Shown piece by piece: positions 51,072 through 64,000 of a stretch of DNA of 64,000 nucleotides; within the stretch, counting starts at the first letter, position 1; each line of letters opens with the position of its first letter. Below the pieces are notes generated by a model. The model was given only the letters and a program-made list of their open reading frames with translations. It searched no databases and was not told the DNA's origin. Source of the DNA: Eledone cirrhosa (taxonomy: Eukaryota); the NCBI GenBank assembly GCA_964016885.1, contig OZ024743.1:233988001-234052000 (forward strand). Direction: 5' to 3'. The position numbers and the translations under genes were made by a program.

Positions 51072-54000
51072 TGGTTCCACAGCCACAACTATTGATTTTA
51101 CGGAGATATCTTGCTGAAATTCACGCCACACATAGCCAATGAGTGTCTGCACATGTACCAGTAATTACAGATCGATCCGACCACGGGCGGCCGGCCCGCG
51201 ATTGAAAAGGTAACTCCGCCGGCAAATCGTCATTTTTGGATTCGTTTTCTTCGAAGCACACCATTCGCCGGCGGACTTTGTTGACGTTTAACACGGTTTG
51301 GTTCCACAGCCACAACTATTGATTTTACGGAGATATCTTGCTGAAATTCACGCCACACATAGCCAATGAGTCTCTGCACATGTACCAGTAATTACAGATC
51401 GATCCGACCACGGGCGGTCGGTTTGCGATTGAAAAGGTAACTCCGCCGGCAAATCGTCATTTTTGGATTCGTTTTCTTCGAAGCACACCATTCGCCGGCG
51501 GACTTTGTTGACGTTTAAGACGGTTTGGTTCCACAGCCACAACTATTGATTTTACGGAGATATCTTCCTGAAATTCACGCCACACATAGCCAATGAGTGT
51601 CTGCACATGTACCAGTAATTACAGATCGATCCGACCACGGACGGCCGGTTTGCGATTGAAAAGGTAACTCCGCCGGCAAATCGTCATTTTTGGATTCGTT
51701 TTCTTCGAAGCACACCATTCGCCGGCGGACTTTGTTGACGTTTAAGACGGTTTGGTTCCACAGCCACAACTATTGATTTTACGGAGATATCTTCCTGAAA
51801 TTCACGCCACACATAGCCAATGAGTGTCTGCACATGTACCAGTAATTACAGATCGATCCGACCACGGGCGGCCGGCCCGCGATTGAAAAGGTAACTCCGC
51901 CGGCAAATCGTCATTTTTGGATTCGTTTTCTTCGAAGCACACCATTCGCCGGCTGACTTTGTTGACGTTTAACACGGTTTGGTTCCACAGCCACAACTAT
52001 TGATTTTACGGAGATATCTTGCTGAAATTCACGCCACACATAGCCAATGAGTGTCTGCACATGTACCAGTAATTACAGATCGATCCGACCACGGGCGGCC
52101 GGCCCGCGATTGAAAAGGTAACTCCGCCGGCAAATCGTCATTTTTGGATTCGTTTTCTTCGAAGCACACCATTCGCCGGCGGACTTTGTTGACGTTTAAC
52201 ACGGTTTGGTTCCACAGCCACAACTATTGATTTTACGGAGATATCTTGCTGAAATTCACGCCACACATAGCCAATGAGTGTCTGCACATGTACCAGTAAT
52301 TACAGATCGATCCGACCACGGGCGGTCGGTTTGCGATTGAAAAGGTAACTCCGCCGGCAAATCGTCATTTTTGGATTCGTTTTCTTCGAAGCACACCATT
52401 CGCCGGCGGACTTTGTTGACGTTTAACACGGTTTGGTTCCACAGCCACAACTATTGATTTTACGGAGATATCTTGCTGAAATTCACGCCACACATAGCCA
52501 ATGAGTGTCTGCACATGTATCAGTAATTACAGATCGATCCGACCACGGGCGGCCGGCCCGCGATTGAAAAGGTAACTCCGCCGGCAAATCGTCATTTTTG
52601 GATTCGTTTTCTTCGAAGCACACCATTCGCCGGCGGACTTTGTTGACGTTTAACACGGTTTGGTTCCACAGCCACAACTATTGATTTTACGGAGATATCT
52701 TGCTGAAATTCACGCCACACATAGCCAATGAGTGTCTGCACATGTACCAGTAATTACAGATCGATCCGACCACGGGCGGTCGGTTTGCGATTGAAAAGGT
52801 AACTCCGCCGGCAAATCGTCATTTTTGGATTCGTTTTCTTCGAAGCACACCATTCGCCGGCGGACTTTGTTGACGTTTAACACGGTTTGGTTCCACAGCC
52901 ACAACTATTGATTTTACGGAGATATCTTGCTGAAATTCACGCCACACATAGCCAATGAGTGTCTGCACATGTATCAGTAATTACAGATCGATCCGACCAC
53001 GGGCGGCCGGCCCGCGATTGAAAAGGTAACTCCGCCGGCAAATCGTCATTTTTGGATTCGTTTTCTTCGAAGCACACCATTCGCCGGCGGACTTTGTTGA
53101 CGTTTAACACGGTTTGGTTCCACAGCCACAACTATTGATTTTACGGAGATATCTTGCTGAAATTCACGCCACACATAGCCAATGAGTGTCTGCACATGTA
53201 CCAGTAATTACAGATCGATCCGACCACGGGCGGCCGGCCCGCGATTGAAAAGGTAACTCCGCCGGCAAATCGTCATTTTTGGATTCGTTTTCTTCGAAGC
53301 ACACCATTCGCCGGCGGACTTTGTTGACGTTTAACACGGTTTGGTTCCACAGCCACAACTATTGATTTTACGGAGATATCTTGCTGAAATTCACGCCACA
53401 CATAGCCAATGAGTCTCTGCACATGTACCATTAATTACAGATCGATCCGACCACGGGCGGTCGGTTTGCGATTGAAAAGGTAACTCCGCCGGCAAATCGT
53501 CATTTTTGGATTCGTTTTCTTCGAAGCACACCATTCGCCGGCTGACTTTGTTGACGTTTAACACGGTTTGGTTCCACAGCCACAACTATTGATTTTAAGG
53601 AGATATCTTGCTGAAATTCACGCCACACATAGCCAATGAGTCTCTGCACATGTACCATTAATTACAGATCGATCCGACCACGGGCGGTCGGTTTGCGATT
53701 GAAAAGGTAACTCCGCCGGCAAATCGTCATTTTTGGATTCGTTTTCTTCGAAGCACACCATTCGCCGGCTGACTTTGTTGACGTTTAACACGGTTTGGTT
53801 CCACAGCCACAACTATTGATTTTAAGGAGATATCTTGCTGAAATTCACGCCACACATAGCCAATGAGTGTCTGCACAGGTACCAGTAATTACAGATCGAT
53901 CCGACCACGGGCGGCCGGCCCGCGATTGAAAAGGTAACTCCGCCGGCAAATCGTCATTTTTGGATTCGTTTTCTTCGAAGCACACCATTCGCCGGCGGAC

Positions 54001-57000
54001 TTTGTTGACGTTTAACACGGTTTGGTTCCACAGCCACAACTATTGATTTTACGGAGATATCTTGCTGAAATTCACGCCACACATAGCCAATGAGTCTCTG
54101 CACATGTACCATTAATTACAGATCGATCCGACCACGGGCGGTCGGTTTGCGATTGAAAAGGTAACTCCGCCGGCAAATCGTCATTTTTGGATTCGTTTTC
54201 TTCGAAGCACACCATTCGCCGGCTGACTTTGTTGACGTTTAACACGGTTTGGTTCCACAGCCACAACTATTGATTTTAAGGAGATATCTTGCTGAAATTC
54301 ACGCCACACATAGCCAATGAGTGTCTGCACAGGTACCAGTAATTACAGATCGATCCGACCACGGGCGGCCGGCCCGCGATTGAAAAGGTAACTCCGCCGG
54401 CAAATCGTCATTTTTGGATTCGTTTTCTTCGAAGCACACCATTCGCCGGCGGACTTTGTTGACGTTTAACACGGTTTGGTTCCACAGCCACAACTATTGA
54501 TTTTACGGAGATATCTTGCTGAAATTCACGCCACACATAGCCAATGAGTGTCTGCACATGTATCAGTAATTACAGATCGATCCGACCACGGGCGGCCGGC
54601 CCGCGATTGAAAAGGTAACTCCGCCGGCAAATCGTCATTTTTGGATTCGTTTTCTTCGAAGCACACCATTCGCCGGCGGACTTTGTTGACGTTTAACACG
54701 GTTTGGTTCCACAGCCACAACTATTGATTTTACGGAGATATCTTGCTGAAATTCACGCCACACATAGCCAATGAGTCTCTGCACATGTACCATTAATTAC
54801 AGATCGATCCGACCACGGGCGGTCGGTTTGCGATTGAAAAGGTAACTCCGCCGGCAAATCGTCATTTTTGGATTCGTTTTCTTCGAAGCACACCATTCGC
54901 CGGCGGACTTTGTTGACGTTTAAGACGGTTTGGTTCCACAGCCACAACTATTGATTTTACGGAGATATCTTCCTGAAATTCACGCCACACATAGCCAATG
55001 AGTGTCTGCACATGTACCAGTAATTACAGATCGATCCGACCACGGACGGCCGGTTTGCGATTGAAAAGGTAACTCCGCCGGCAAATCGTCATTTTTGGAT
55101 TCGTTTTCTTCGAAGCACACCATTCGCCGGCGGACTTTGTTGACGTTTAAGACGGTTTGGTTCCACAGCCACAACTATTGATTTTACGGAGATATCTTCC
55201 TGAAATTCACGCCACACATAGCCAATGAGTGTCTGCACATGTACCAGTAATTACAGATCGATCCGACCACGGGCGGCCGGCCCGCGATTGAAAAGGTAAC
55301 TCCGCCGGCAAATCGTCATTTTTGGATTCGTTTTCTTCGAAGCACACCATTCGCCGGCTGACTTTGTTGACGTTTAACACGGTTTGGTTCCACAGCCACA
55401 ACTATTGATTTTACGGAGATATCTTGCTGAAATTCACGCCACACATAGCCAATGAGTGTCTGCACATGTACCAGTAATTACAGATCGATCCGACCACGGG
55501 CGGCCGGCCCGCGATTGAAAAGGTAACTCCGCCGGCAAATCGTCATTTTTGGATTCGTTTTCTTCGAAGCACACCATTCGCCGGCGGACTTTGTTGACGT
55601 TTAACACGGTTTGGTTCCACAGCCACAACTATTGATTTTACGGAGATATCTTGCTGAAATTCACGCCACACATAGCCAATGAGTGTCTGCACATGTACCA
55701 GTAATTACAGATCGATCCGACCACGGGCGGTCGGTTTGCGATTGAAAAGGTAACTCCGCCGGCAAATCGTCATTTTTGGATTCGTTTTCTTCGAAGCACA
55801 CCATTCGCCGGCGGACTTTGTTGACGTTTAACACGGTTTGGTTCCACAGCCACAACTATTGATTTTACGGAGATATCTTGCTGAAATTCACGCCACACAT
55901 AGCCAATGAGTGTCTGCACATGTATCAGTAATTACAGATCGATCCGACCACGGGCGGCCGGCCCGCGATTGAAAAGGTAACTCCGCCGGCAAATCGTCAT
56001 TTTTGGATTCGTTTTCTTCGAAGCACACCATTCGCCGGCGGACTTTGTTGACGTTTAACACGGTTTGGTTCCACAGCCACAACTATTGATTTTACGGAGA
56101 TATCTTGCTGAAATTCACGCCACACATAGCCAATGAGTCTCTGCACATGTACCATTAATTACAGATCGATCCGACCACGGGCGGTCGGTTTGCGATTGAA
56201 AAGGTAACTCCGCCGGCAAATCGTCATTTTTGGATTCGTTTTCTTCGAAGCACACCATTCGCCGGCTGACTTTGTTGACGTTTAACACGGTTTGGTTCCA
56301 CAGCCACAACTATTGATTTTAAGGAGATATCTTGCTGAAATTCACGCCACACATAGCCAATGAGTGTCTGCACAGGTACCAGTAATTACAGATCGATCCG
56401 ACCACGGGCGGCCGGCCCGCGATTGAAAAGGTAACTCCGCCGGCAAATCGTCATTTTTGGATTCGTTTTCTTCGAAGCACACCATTCGCCGGCGGACTTT
56501 GTTGACGTTTAACACGGTTTGGTTCCACAGCCACAACTATTGATTTTACGGAGATATCTTGCTGAAATTCACGCCACACATAGCCAATGAGTGTCTGCAC
56601 ATGTACCAGTAATTACAGATCGATCCGACCACGGGCGGCCGGCCCGCGATTGAAAAGGTAACTCCGCCGGCAAATCGTCATTTTTGGATTCGTTTTCTTC
56701 GAAGCACACCATTCGCCGGCGGACTTTGTTGACGTTTAACACGGTTTGGTTCCACAGCCACAACTATTGATTTTACGGAGATATCTTGCTGAAATTCACG
56801 CCACACATAGCCAATGAGTCTCTGCACATGTACCAGTAATTACAGATCGATCCGACCACGGGCGGTGGGTTTGCGATTGAAAAGGTAACTCCGCCGGCAA
56901 ATCGTCATTTTTGGATTCGTTTTCTTCGAAGCACACCATTCGCCGGCTGACTTTGTTGACGTTTAACACGGTTTGGTTCAACAGCCACAACTATTGATTT

Positions 57001-60000
57001 TAAGGAGATATCTTGCTGAAATTCACGCCACACATAGCCAATGAGTGTCTGCACAGGTACCAGTAATTACAGATCGATCCGACCACGGGCGGCCGGCCCG
57101 CGATTGAAAAGGTAACTCCGCCGGCAAATCGTCATTTTTGGATTCGTTTTCTTCGAAGCACACCATTCGCCGGCGGACTTTGTTGACGTTTAACACGGTT
57201 TGGTTCCACAGCCACAACTATTGATTTTACGGAGATATCTTGCTGAAATTCACGCCACACATAGCCAATGAGTCTCTGCACATGTACCAGTAATTACAGA
57301 TCGATCCGACCACGGGCGGTCGGTTTGCGATTGAAAAGGTAACTCCGCCGGCAAATCGTCATTTTTGGATTCGTTTTCTTCGAAGCACACCATTCGCCGG
57401 CGGACTTTGTTGACGTTTAAGACGGTTTGGTTCCACAGCCACAACTATTGATTTTACGGAGATATCTTCCTGAAATTCACGCCACACATAGCCAATGAGT
57501 GTCTGCACATGTACCAGTAATTACAGATCGATCCGACCACGGACGGCCGGTTTGCGATTGAAAAGGTAACTCCGCCGGCAAATCGTCATTTTTGGATTCG
57601 TTTTCTTCGAAGCACACCATTCGCCGGCGGACTTTGTTGACGTTTAAGACGGTTTGGTTCCACAGCCACAACTATTGATTTTACGGAGATATCTTCCTGA
57701 AATTCACGCCACACATAGCCAATGAGTGTCTGCACATGTACCAGTAATTACAGATCGATCCGACCACGGGCGGCCGGCCCGCGATTGAAAAGGTAACTCC
57801 GCCGGCAAATCGTCATTTTTGGATTCGTTTTCTTCGAAGCACACCATTCGCCGGCTGACTTTGTTGACGTTTAACACGGTTTGGTTCCACAGCCACAACT
57901 ATTGATTTTACGGAGATATCTTGCTGAAATTCACGCCACACATAGCCAATGAGTGTCTGCACATGTACCAGTAATTACAGATCGATCCGACCACGGGCGG
58001 CCGGCCCGCGATTGAAAAGGTAACTCCGCCGGCAAATCGTCATTTTTGGATTCGTTTTCTTCGAAGCACACCATTCGCCGGCGGACTTTGTTGACGTTTA
58101 ACACGGTTTGGTTCCACAGCCACAACTATTGATTTTACGGAGATATCTTGCTGAAATTCACGCCACACATAGCCAATGAGTGTCTGCACATGTACCAGTA
58201 ATTACAGATCGATCCGACCACGGGCGGTCGGTTTGCGATTGAAAAGGTAACTCCGCCGGCAAATCGTCATTTTTGGATTCGTTTTCTTCGAAGCACACCA
58301 TTCGCCGGCGGACTTTGTTGACGTTTAACACGGTTTGGTTCCACAGCCACAACTATTGATTTTACGGAGATATCTTGCTGAAATTCACGCCACACATAGC
58401 CAATGAGTGTCTGCACATGTATCAGTAATTACAGATCGATCCGACCACGGGCGGCCGGCCCGCGATTGAAAAGGTAACTCCGCCGGCAAATCGTCATTTT
58501 TGGATTCGTTTTCTTCGAAGCACACCATTCGCCGGCGGACTTTGTTGACGTTTAACACGGTTTGGTTCCACAGCCACAACTATTGATTTTACGGAGATAT
58601 CTTGCTGAAATTCACGCCACACATAGCCAATGAGTGTCTGCACATGTACCAGTAATTACAGATCGATCCGACCACGGGCGGTCGGTTTGCGATTGAAAAG
58701 GTAACTCCGCCGGCAAATCGTCATTTTTGGATTCGTTTTCTTCGAAGCACACCATTCGCCGGCGGACTTTGTTGACGTTTAACACGGTTTGGTTCCACAG
58801 CCACAACTATTGATTTTACGGAGATATCTTGCTGAAATTCACGCCACACATAGCCAATGAGTGTCTGCACATGTATCAGTAATTACAGATCGATCCGACC
58901 ACGGGCGGCCGGCCCGCGATTGAAAAGGTAACTCCGCCGGCAAATCGTCATTTTTGGATTCGTTTTCTTCGAAGCACACCATTCGCCGGCGGACTTTGTT
59001 GACGTTTAACACGGTTTGGTTCCACAGCCACAACTATTGATTTTACGGAGATATCTTGCTGAAATTCACGCCACACATAGCCAATGAGTGTCTGCACATG
59101 TACCAGTAATTACAGATCGATCCGACCACGGGCGGCCGGCCCGCGATTGAAAAGGTAACTCCGCCGGCAAATCGTCATTTTTGGATTCGTTTTCTTCGAA
59201 GCACACCATTCGCCGGCGGACTTTGTTGACGTTTAACACGGTTTGGTTCCACAGCCACAACTATTGATTTTACGGAGATATCTTGCTGAAATTCACGCCA
59301 CACATAGCCAATGAGTCTCTGCACATGTACCATTAATTACAGATCGATCCGACCACGGGCGGTCGGTTTGCGATTGAAAAGGTAACTCCGCCGGCAAATC
59401 GTCATTTTTGGATTCGTTTTCTTCGAAGCACACCATTCGCCGGCTGACTTTGTTGACGTTTAACACGGTTTGGTTCCACAGCCACAACTATTGATTTTAA
59501 GGAGATATCTTGCTGAAATTCACGCCACACATAGCCAATGAGTGTCTGCACAGGTACCAGTAATTACAGATCGATCCGACCACGGGCGGCCGGCCCGCGA
59601 TTGAAAAGGTAACTCCGCCGGCAAATCGTCATTTTTGGATTCGTTTTCTTCGAAGCACACCATTCGCCGGCGGACTTTGTTGACGTTTAACACGGTTTGG
59701 TTCCACAGCCACAACTATTGATTTTACGGAGATATCTTGCTGAAATTCACGCCACACATAGCCAATGAGTGTCTGCACATGTACCAGTAATTACAGATCG
59801 ATCCGACCACGGGCGGCCGGCCCGCGATTGAAAAGGTAACTCCGCCGGCAAATCGTCATTTTTGGATTCGTTTTCTTCGAAGCACACCATTCGCCGGCGG
59901 ACTTTGTTGACGTTTAACACGGTTTGGTTCCACAGCCACAACTATTGATTTTACGGAGATATCTTGCTGAAATTCACGCCACACATAGCCAATGAGTGTC

Positions 60001-60605
60001 TGCACATGTACCAGTAATTACAGATCGATCCGACCACGGGCGGCCGGCCCGCGATTGAAAAGGTAACTCCGCCGGCAAATCGTCATTTTTGGATTCGTTT
60101 TCTTCGAAGCACACCATTCGCCGGCGGACTTTGTTGACGTTTAACACGGTTTGGTTCCACAGCCACAACTATTGATTTTACGGAGATATCTTGCTGAAAT
60201 TCACGCCACACATAGCCAATGAGTCTCTGCACATGTACCAGTAATTACAGATCGATCCGACCACGGGCGGTGGGTTTGCGATTGAAAAGGTAACTCCGCC
60301 GGCAAATCGTCATTTTTGGATTCGTTTTCTTCGAAGCACACCATTCGCCGGCTGACTTTGTTGACGTTTAACACGGTTTGGTTCAACAGCCACAACTATT
60401 GATTTTAAGGAGATATCTTGCTGAAATTCACGCCACACATAGCCAATGAGTGTCTGCACAGGTACCAGTAATTACAGATCGATCCGACCACGGGCGGCCG
60501 GCCCGCGATTGAAAAGGTAACTCCGCCGGCAAATCGTCATTTTTGGATTCGTTTTCTTCGAAGCACACCATTCGCCGGCGGACTTTGTTGACGTTTAACA
60601 CGGTT

Positions 60606-63100
60606 TGGTTCCACAGCCACAACTATTGATTTTACGGAGATATCTTGCTGAAATTCACGCCACACATAGCCAATGAGTCTCTGCACATGTACCAGTAATT
60701 ACAGATCGATCCGACCACGGGCGGTCGGTTTGCGATTGAAAAGGTAACTCCGCCGGCAAATCGTCATTTTTGGATTCGTTTTCTTCGAAGCACACCATTC
60801 GCCGGCGGACTTTGTTGACGTTTAAGACGGTTTGGTTCCACAGCCACAACTATTGATTTTACGGAGATATCTTCCTGAAATTCACGCCACACATAGCCAA
60901 TGAGTGTCTGCACATGTACCAGTAATTACAGATCGATCCGACCACGGACGGCCGGTTTGCGATTGAAAAGGTAACTCCGCCGGCAAATCGTCATTTTTGG
61001 ATTCGTTTTCTTCGAAGCACACCATTCGCCGGCGGACTTTGTTGACGTTTAACACGGTTTGGTTCCACAGCCACAACTATTGATTTTACGGAGATATCTT
61101 GCTGAAATTCACGCCACACATAGCCAATGAGTGTCTGCACATGTACCAGTAATTACAGATCGATCCGACCACGGGCGGCCGGCCCGCGATTGAAAAGGTA
61201 ACTCCGCCGGCAAATCGTCATTTTTGGATTCGTTTTCTTCGAAGCACACCATTCGCCGGCTGACTTTGTTGATGTTTAACACGGTTTGGTTCCACAGCCA
61301 CAACTATTGATTTTAAGGAGATATCTTGCTGAAATTCACGCCACACATAGCCAATGAGTGTCTGCACAGGTACCAGTAATTACAGATCGATCCGACCACG
61401 GGCGGCCGGCCCGCTATTGAAAAGGTAACTCCGCCGGCAAATCGTCATTTTTGGATTCGTTTTCTTCGAAGCACACCATTCGCCGGCGGACTTTGTTGAC
61501 GTTTAACACGGTTTGGTTCCACAGCCACAACTATTGATTTTACGGAGATATCTTGCTGAAATTCACGCCACACATAGCCAATGAGTCTCTGCACATGTAC
61601 CATTAATTACAGATCGATCCGACCACGGGCGGTCGGTTTGCGATTGAAAAGGTAACTCCGCCGGCAAATCGTCATTTTTGGATTCGTTTTCTTCGAAGCA
61701 CACCATTCGCCGGCTGACTTTGTTGACGTTTAACACGGTTTGGTTCCACAGCCACAACTATTGATTTTAAGGAGATATCTTGCTGAAATTCACGCCACAC
61801 ATAGCCAATGAGTGTCTGCACAGGTACCAGTAATTACAGATCGATCCGACCACGGGCGGCCGGCCCGCGATTGAAAAGGTAACTCCGCCGGCAAATCGTC
61901 ATTTTTGGATTCGTTTTCTTCGAAGCACACCATTCGCCGGCGGACTTTGTTGACGTTTAACACGGTTTGGTTCCACAGCCACAACTATTGATTTTACGGA
62001 GATATCTTGCTGAAATTCACGCCACACATAGCCAATGAGTGTCTGCACATGTACCAGTAATTACAGATCGATCCGACCACGGGCGGCCGGCCCGCGATTG
62101 AAAAGGTAACTCCGCCGGCAAATCGTCATTTTTGGATTCGTTTTCTTCGAAGCACACCATTCGCCGGCGGACTTTGTTGACGTTTAACACGGTTTGGTTC
62201 CACAGCCACAACTATTGATTTTACGGAGATATCTTGCTGAAATTCACGCCACACATAGCCAATGAGTCTCTGCACATGTACCAGTAATTACAGATCGATC
62301 CGACCACGGGCGGTCGGTTTGCGATTGAAAAGGTAACTCCGCCGGCAAATCGTCATTTTTGGATTCGTTTTCTTCGAAGCACACCATTCGCCGGCGGACT
62401 TTGTTGACGTTTAAGACGGTTTGGTTCCACAGCCACAACTATTGATTTTACGGAGATATCTTCCTGAAATTCACGCCACACATAGCCAATGAGTGTCTGC
62501 ACATGTACCAGTAATTACAGATCGATCCGACCACGGACGGCCGGTTTGCGATTGAAAAGGTAACTCCGCCGGCAAATCGTCATTTTTGGATTCGTTTTCT
62601 TCGAAGCACACCATTCGCCGGCGGACTTTGTTGACGTTTAACACGGTTTGGTTCCACAGCCACAACTATTGATTTTACGGAGATATCTTGCTGAAATTCA
62701 CGCCACACATAGCCAATGAGTGTCTGCACATGTACCAGTAATTACAGATCGATCCGACCACGGGCGGCCGGCCCGCGATTGAAAAGGTAACTCCGCCGGC
62801 AAATCGTCATTTTTGGATTCGTTTTCTTCGAAGCACACCATTCGCCGGCTGACTTTGTTGATGTTTAACACGGTTTGGTTCCACAGCCACAACTATTGAT
62901 TTTAAGGAGATATCTTGCTGAAATTCACGCCACACATAGCCAATGAGTGTCTGCACAGGTACCAGTAATTACAGATCGATCCGACCACGGGCGGCCGGCC
63001 CGCTATTGAAAAGGTAACTCCGCCGGCAAATCGTCATTTTTGGATTCGTTTTCTTCGAAGCACACCATTCGCCGGCGGACTTTGTTGACGTTTAACACGG
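60606..63100 (+). repeat. Partial 7-monomer duplication (period 1589 bp)
   Basis: The order QTD/E, QTG, INK, stop-variant at 60655-61336 is repeated at 62244-62925. Confidence 0.78.
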
Positions 63101-64000
63101 TTTGGTTCCACAGCCACAACTATTGATTTTACGGAGATATCTTGCTGAAATTCACGCCACACATAGCCAATGAGTGTCTGCACATGTACCAGTAATTACA
63201 GATCGATCCGACCACGGGCGGCCGGCCCGCGATTGAAAAGGTAACTCCGCCGGCAAATCGTCATTTTTGGATTCGTTTTCTTCGAAGCACACCATTCGCC
63301 GGCGGACTTTGTTGACGTTTAACACGGTTTGGTTCCACAGCCACAACTATTGATTTTACGGAGATATCTTGCTGAAATTCACGCCACACATAGCCAATGA
63401 GTCTCTGCACATGTACCAGTAATTACAGATCGATCCGACCACGGGCGGTCGGTTTGCGATTGAAAAGGTAACTCCGCCGGCAAATCGTCATTTTTGGATT
63501 CGTTTTCTTCGAAGCACACCATTCGCCGGCGGACTTTGTTGACGTTTAACACGGTTTGGTTCCACAGCCACAACTATTGATTTTACGGAGATATCTTGCT
63601 GAAATTCACGCCACACATAGCCAATGAGTGTCTGCACATGTACCAGTAATTACAGATCGATCCGACCACGGGCGGCCGGCCCGCGATTGAAAAGGTAACT
63701 CCGCCGGCAAATCGTCATTTTTGGATTCGTTTTCTTCGAAGCACACCATTCGCCGGCGGACTTTGTTGACGTTTAACACGGTTTGGTTCCACAGCCACAA
63801 CTATTGATTTTACGGAGATATCTTGCTGAAATTCACGCCACACATAGCCAATGAGTCTCTGCACATGTACCAGTAATTACAGATCGATCCGACCACGGGC
63901 GGTCGGTTTGCGATTGAAAAGGTAACTCCGCCGGCAAATCGTCATTTTTGGATTCGTTTTCTTCGAAGCACACCATTCGCCGGCGGACTTTGTTGACGTT

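Larger units (their letters stand above)
1..64000 (+). repeat. Tandem satellite DNA array, 227-bp monomer, ~282 head-to-tail copies, no interruption or inversion
   Basis: TGGTTCCACAGCCACAACTATTG recurs at 1, 228, 455 and onward. ORF-track starts step by 227 across the window, apart from two 2-bp shifts near 3920 and 6869. (64000+4)/227 is about 282. No unique sequence was seen. Confidence 0.99.

Noticed and set aside
1-64000. CRISPR array or other repeat-spacer system
   Set aside because: There are no unique spacers: the entire 227 bp is repeated, and no cas-like genes are present.
1-64000. Rolling-circle or concatemer sequencing artefact of a 227-bp circle
   Set aside because: The variants are discrete, recurrent, linked and hierarchically ordered rather than random errors. 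That pattern indicates a genuine evolved genomic array.

Overview
The whole 64 kb window is one uninterrupted head-to-tail tandem array (satellite DNA) of a 227-bp monomer. It has about 282 copies, all in the same orientation, and the array runs off both ends. By hand count the monomer is about 49% GC with 19 CpGs. Copies differ at roughly 25 positions, and two copies carry the same 2-bp deletion. I see no credible protein gene, rRNA, tRNA, CRISPR array or inserted mobile element; the repeated 64-aa minus-strand ORF is a by-product of the repeat. Three kinds of structure stand out. (1) Monomer variants reveal nested, region-specific duplications of 13, 12, 5, 8/15, 35, 9 and 7 monomers. (2) An apparently invariant ~56-bp core overlaps a long inverted repeat that encloses a CENP-B-box-like motif and an Sm-site-like motif, with a splice-donor-like motif just upstream. 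(3) A two-state multi-base polymorphism switches between alternative hairpins. The sequence is most likely eukaryotic heterochromatic or centromeric satellite, but I cannot name the organism or satellite family. All counts were made by eye from the sequence and the ORF track.
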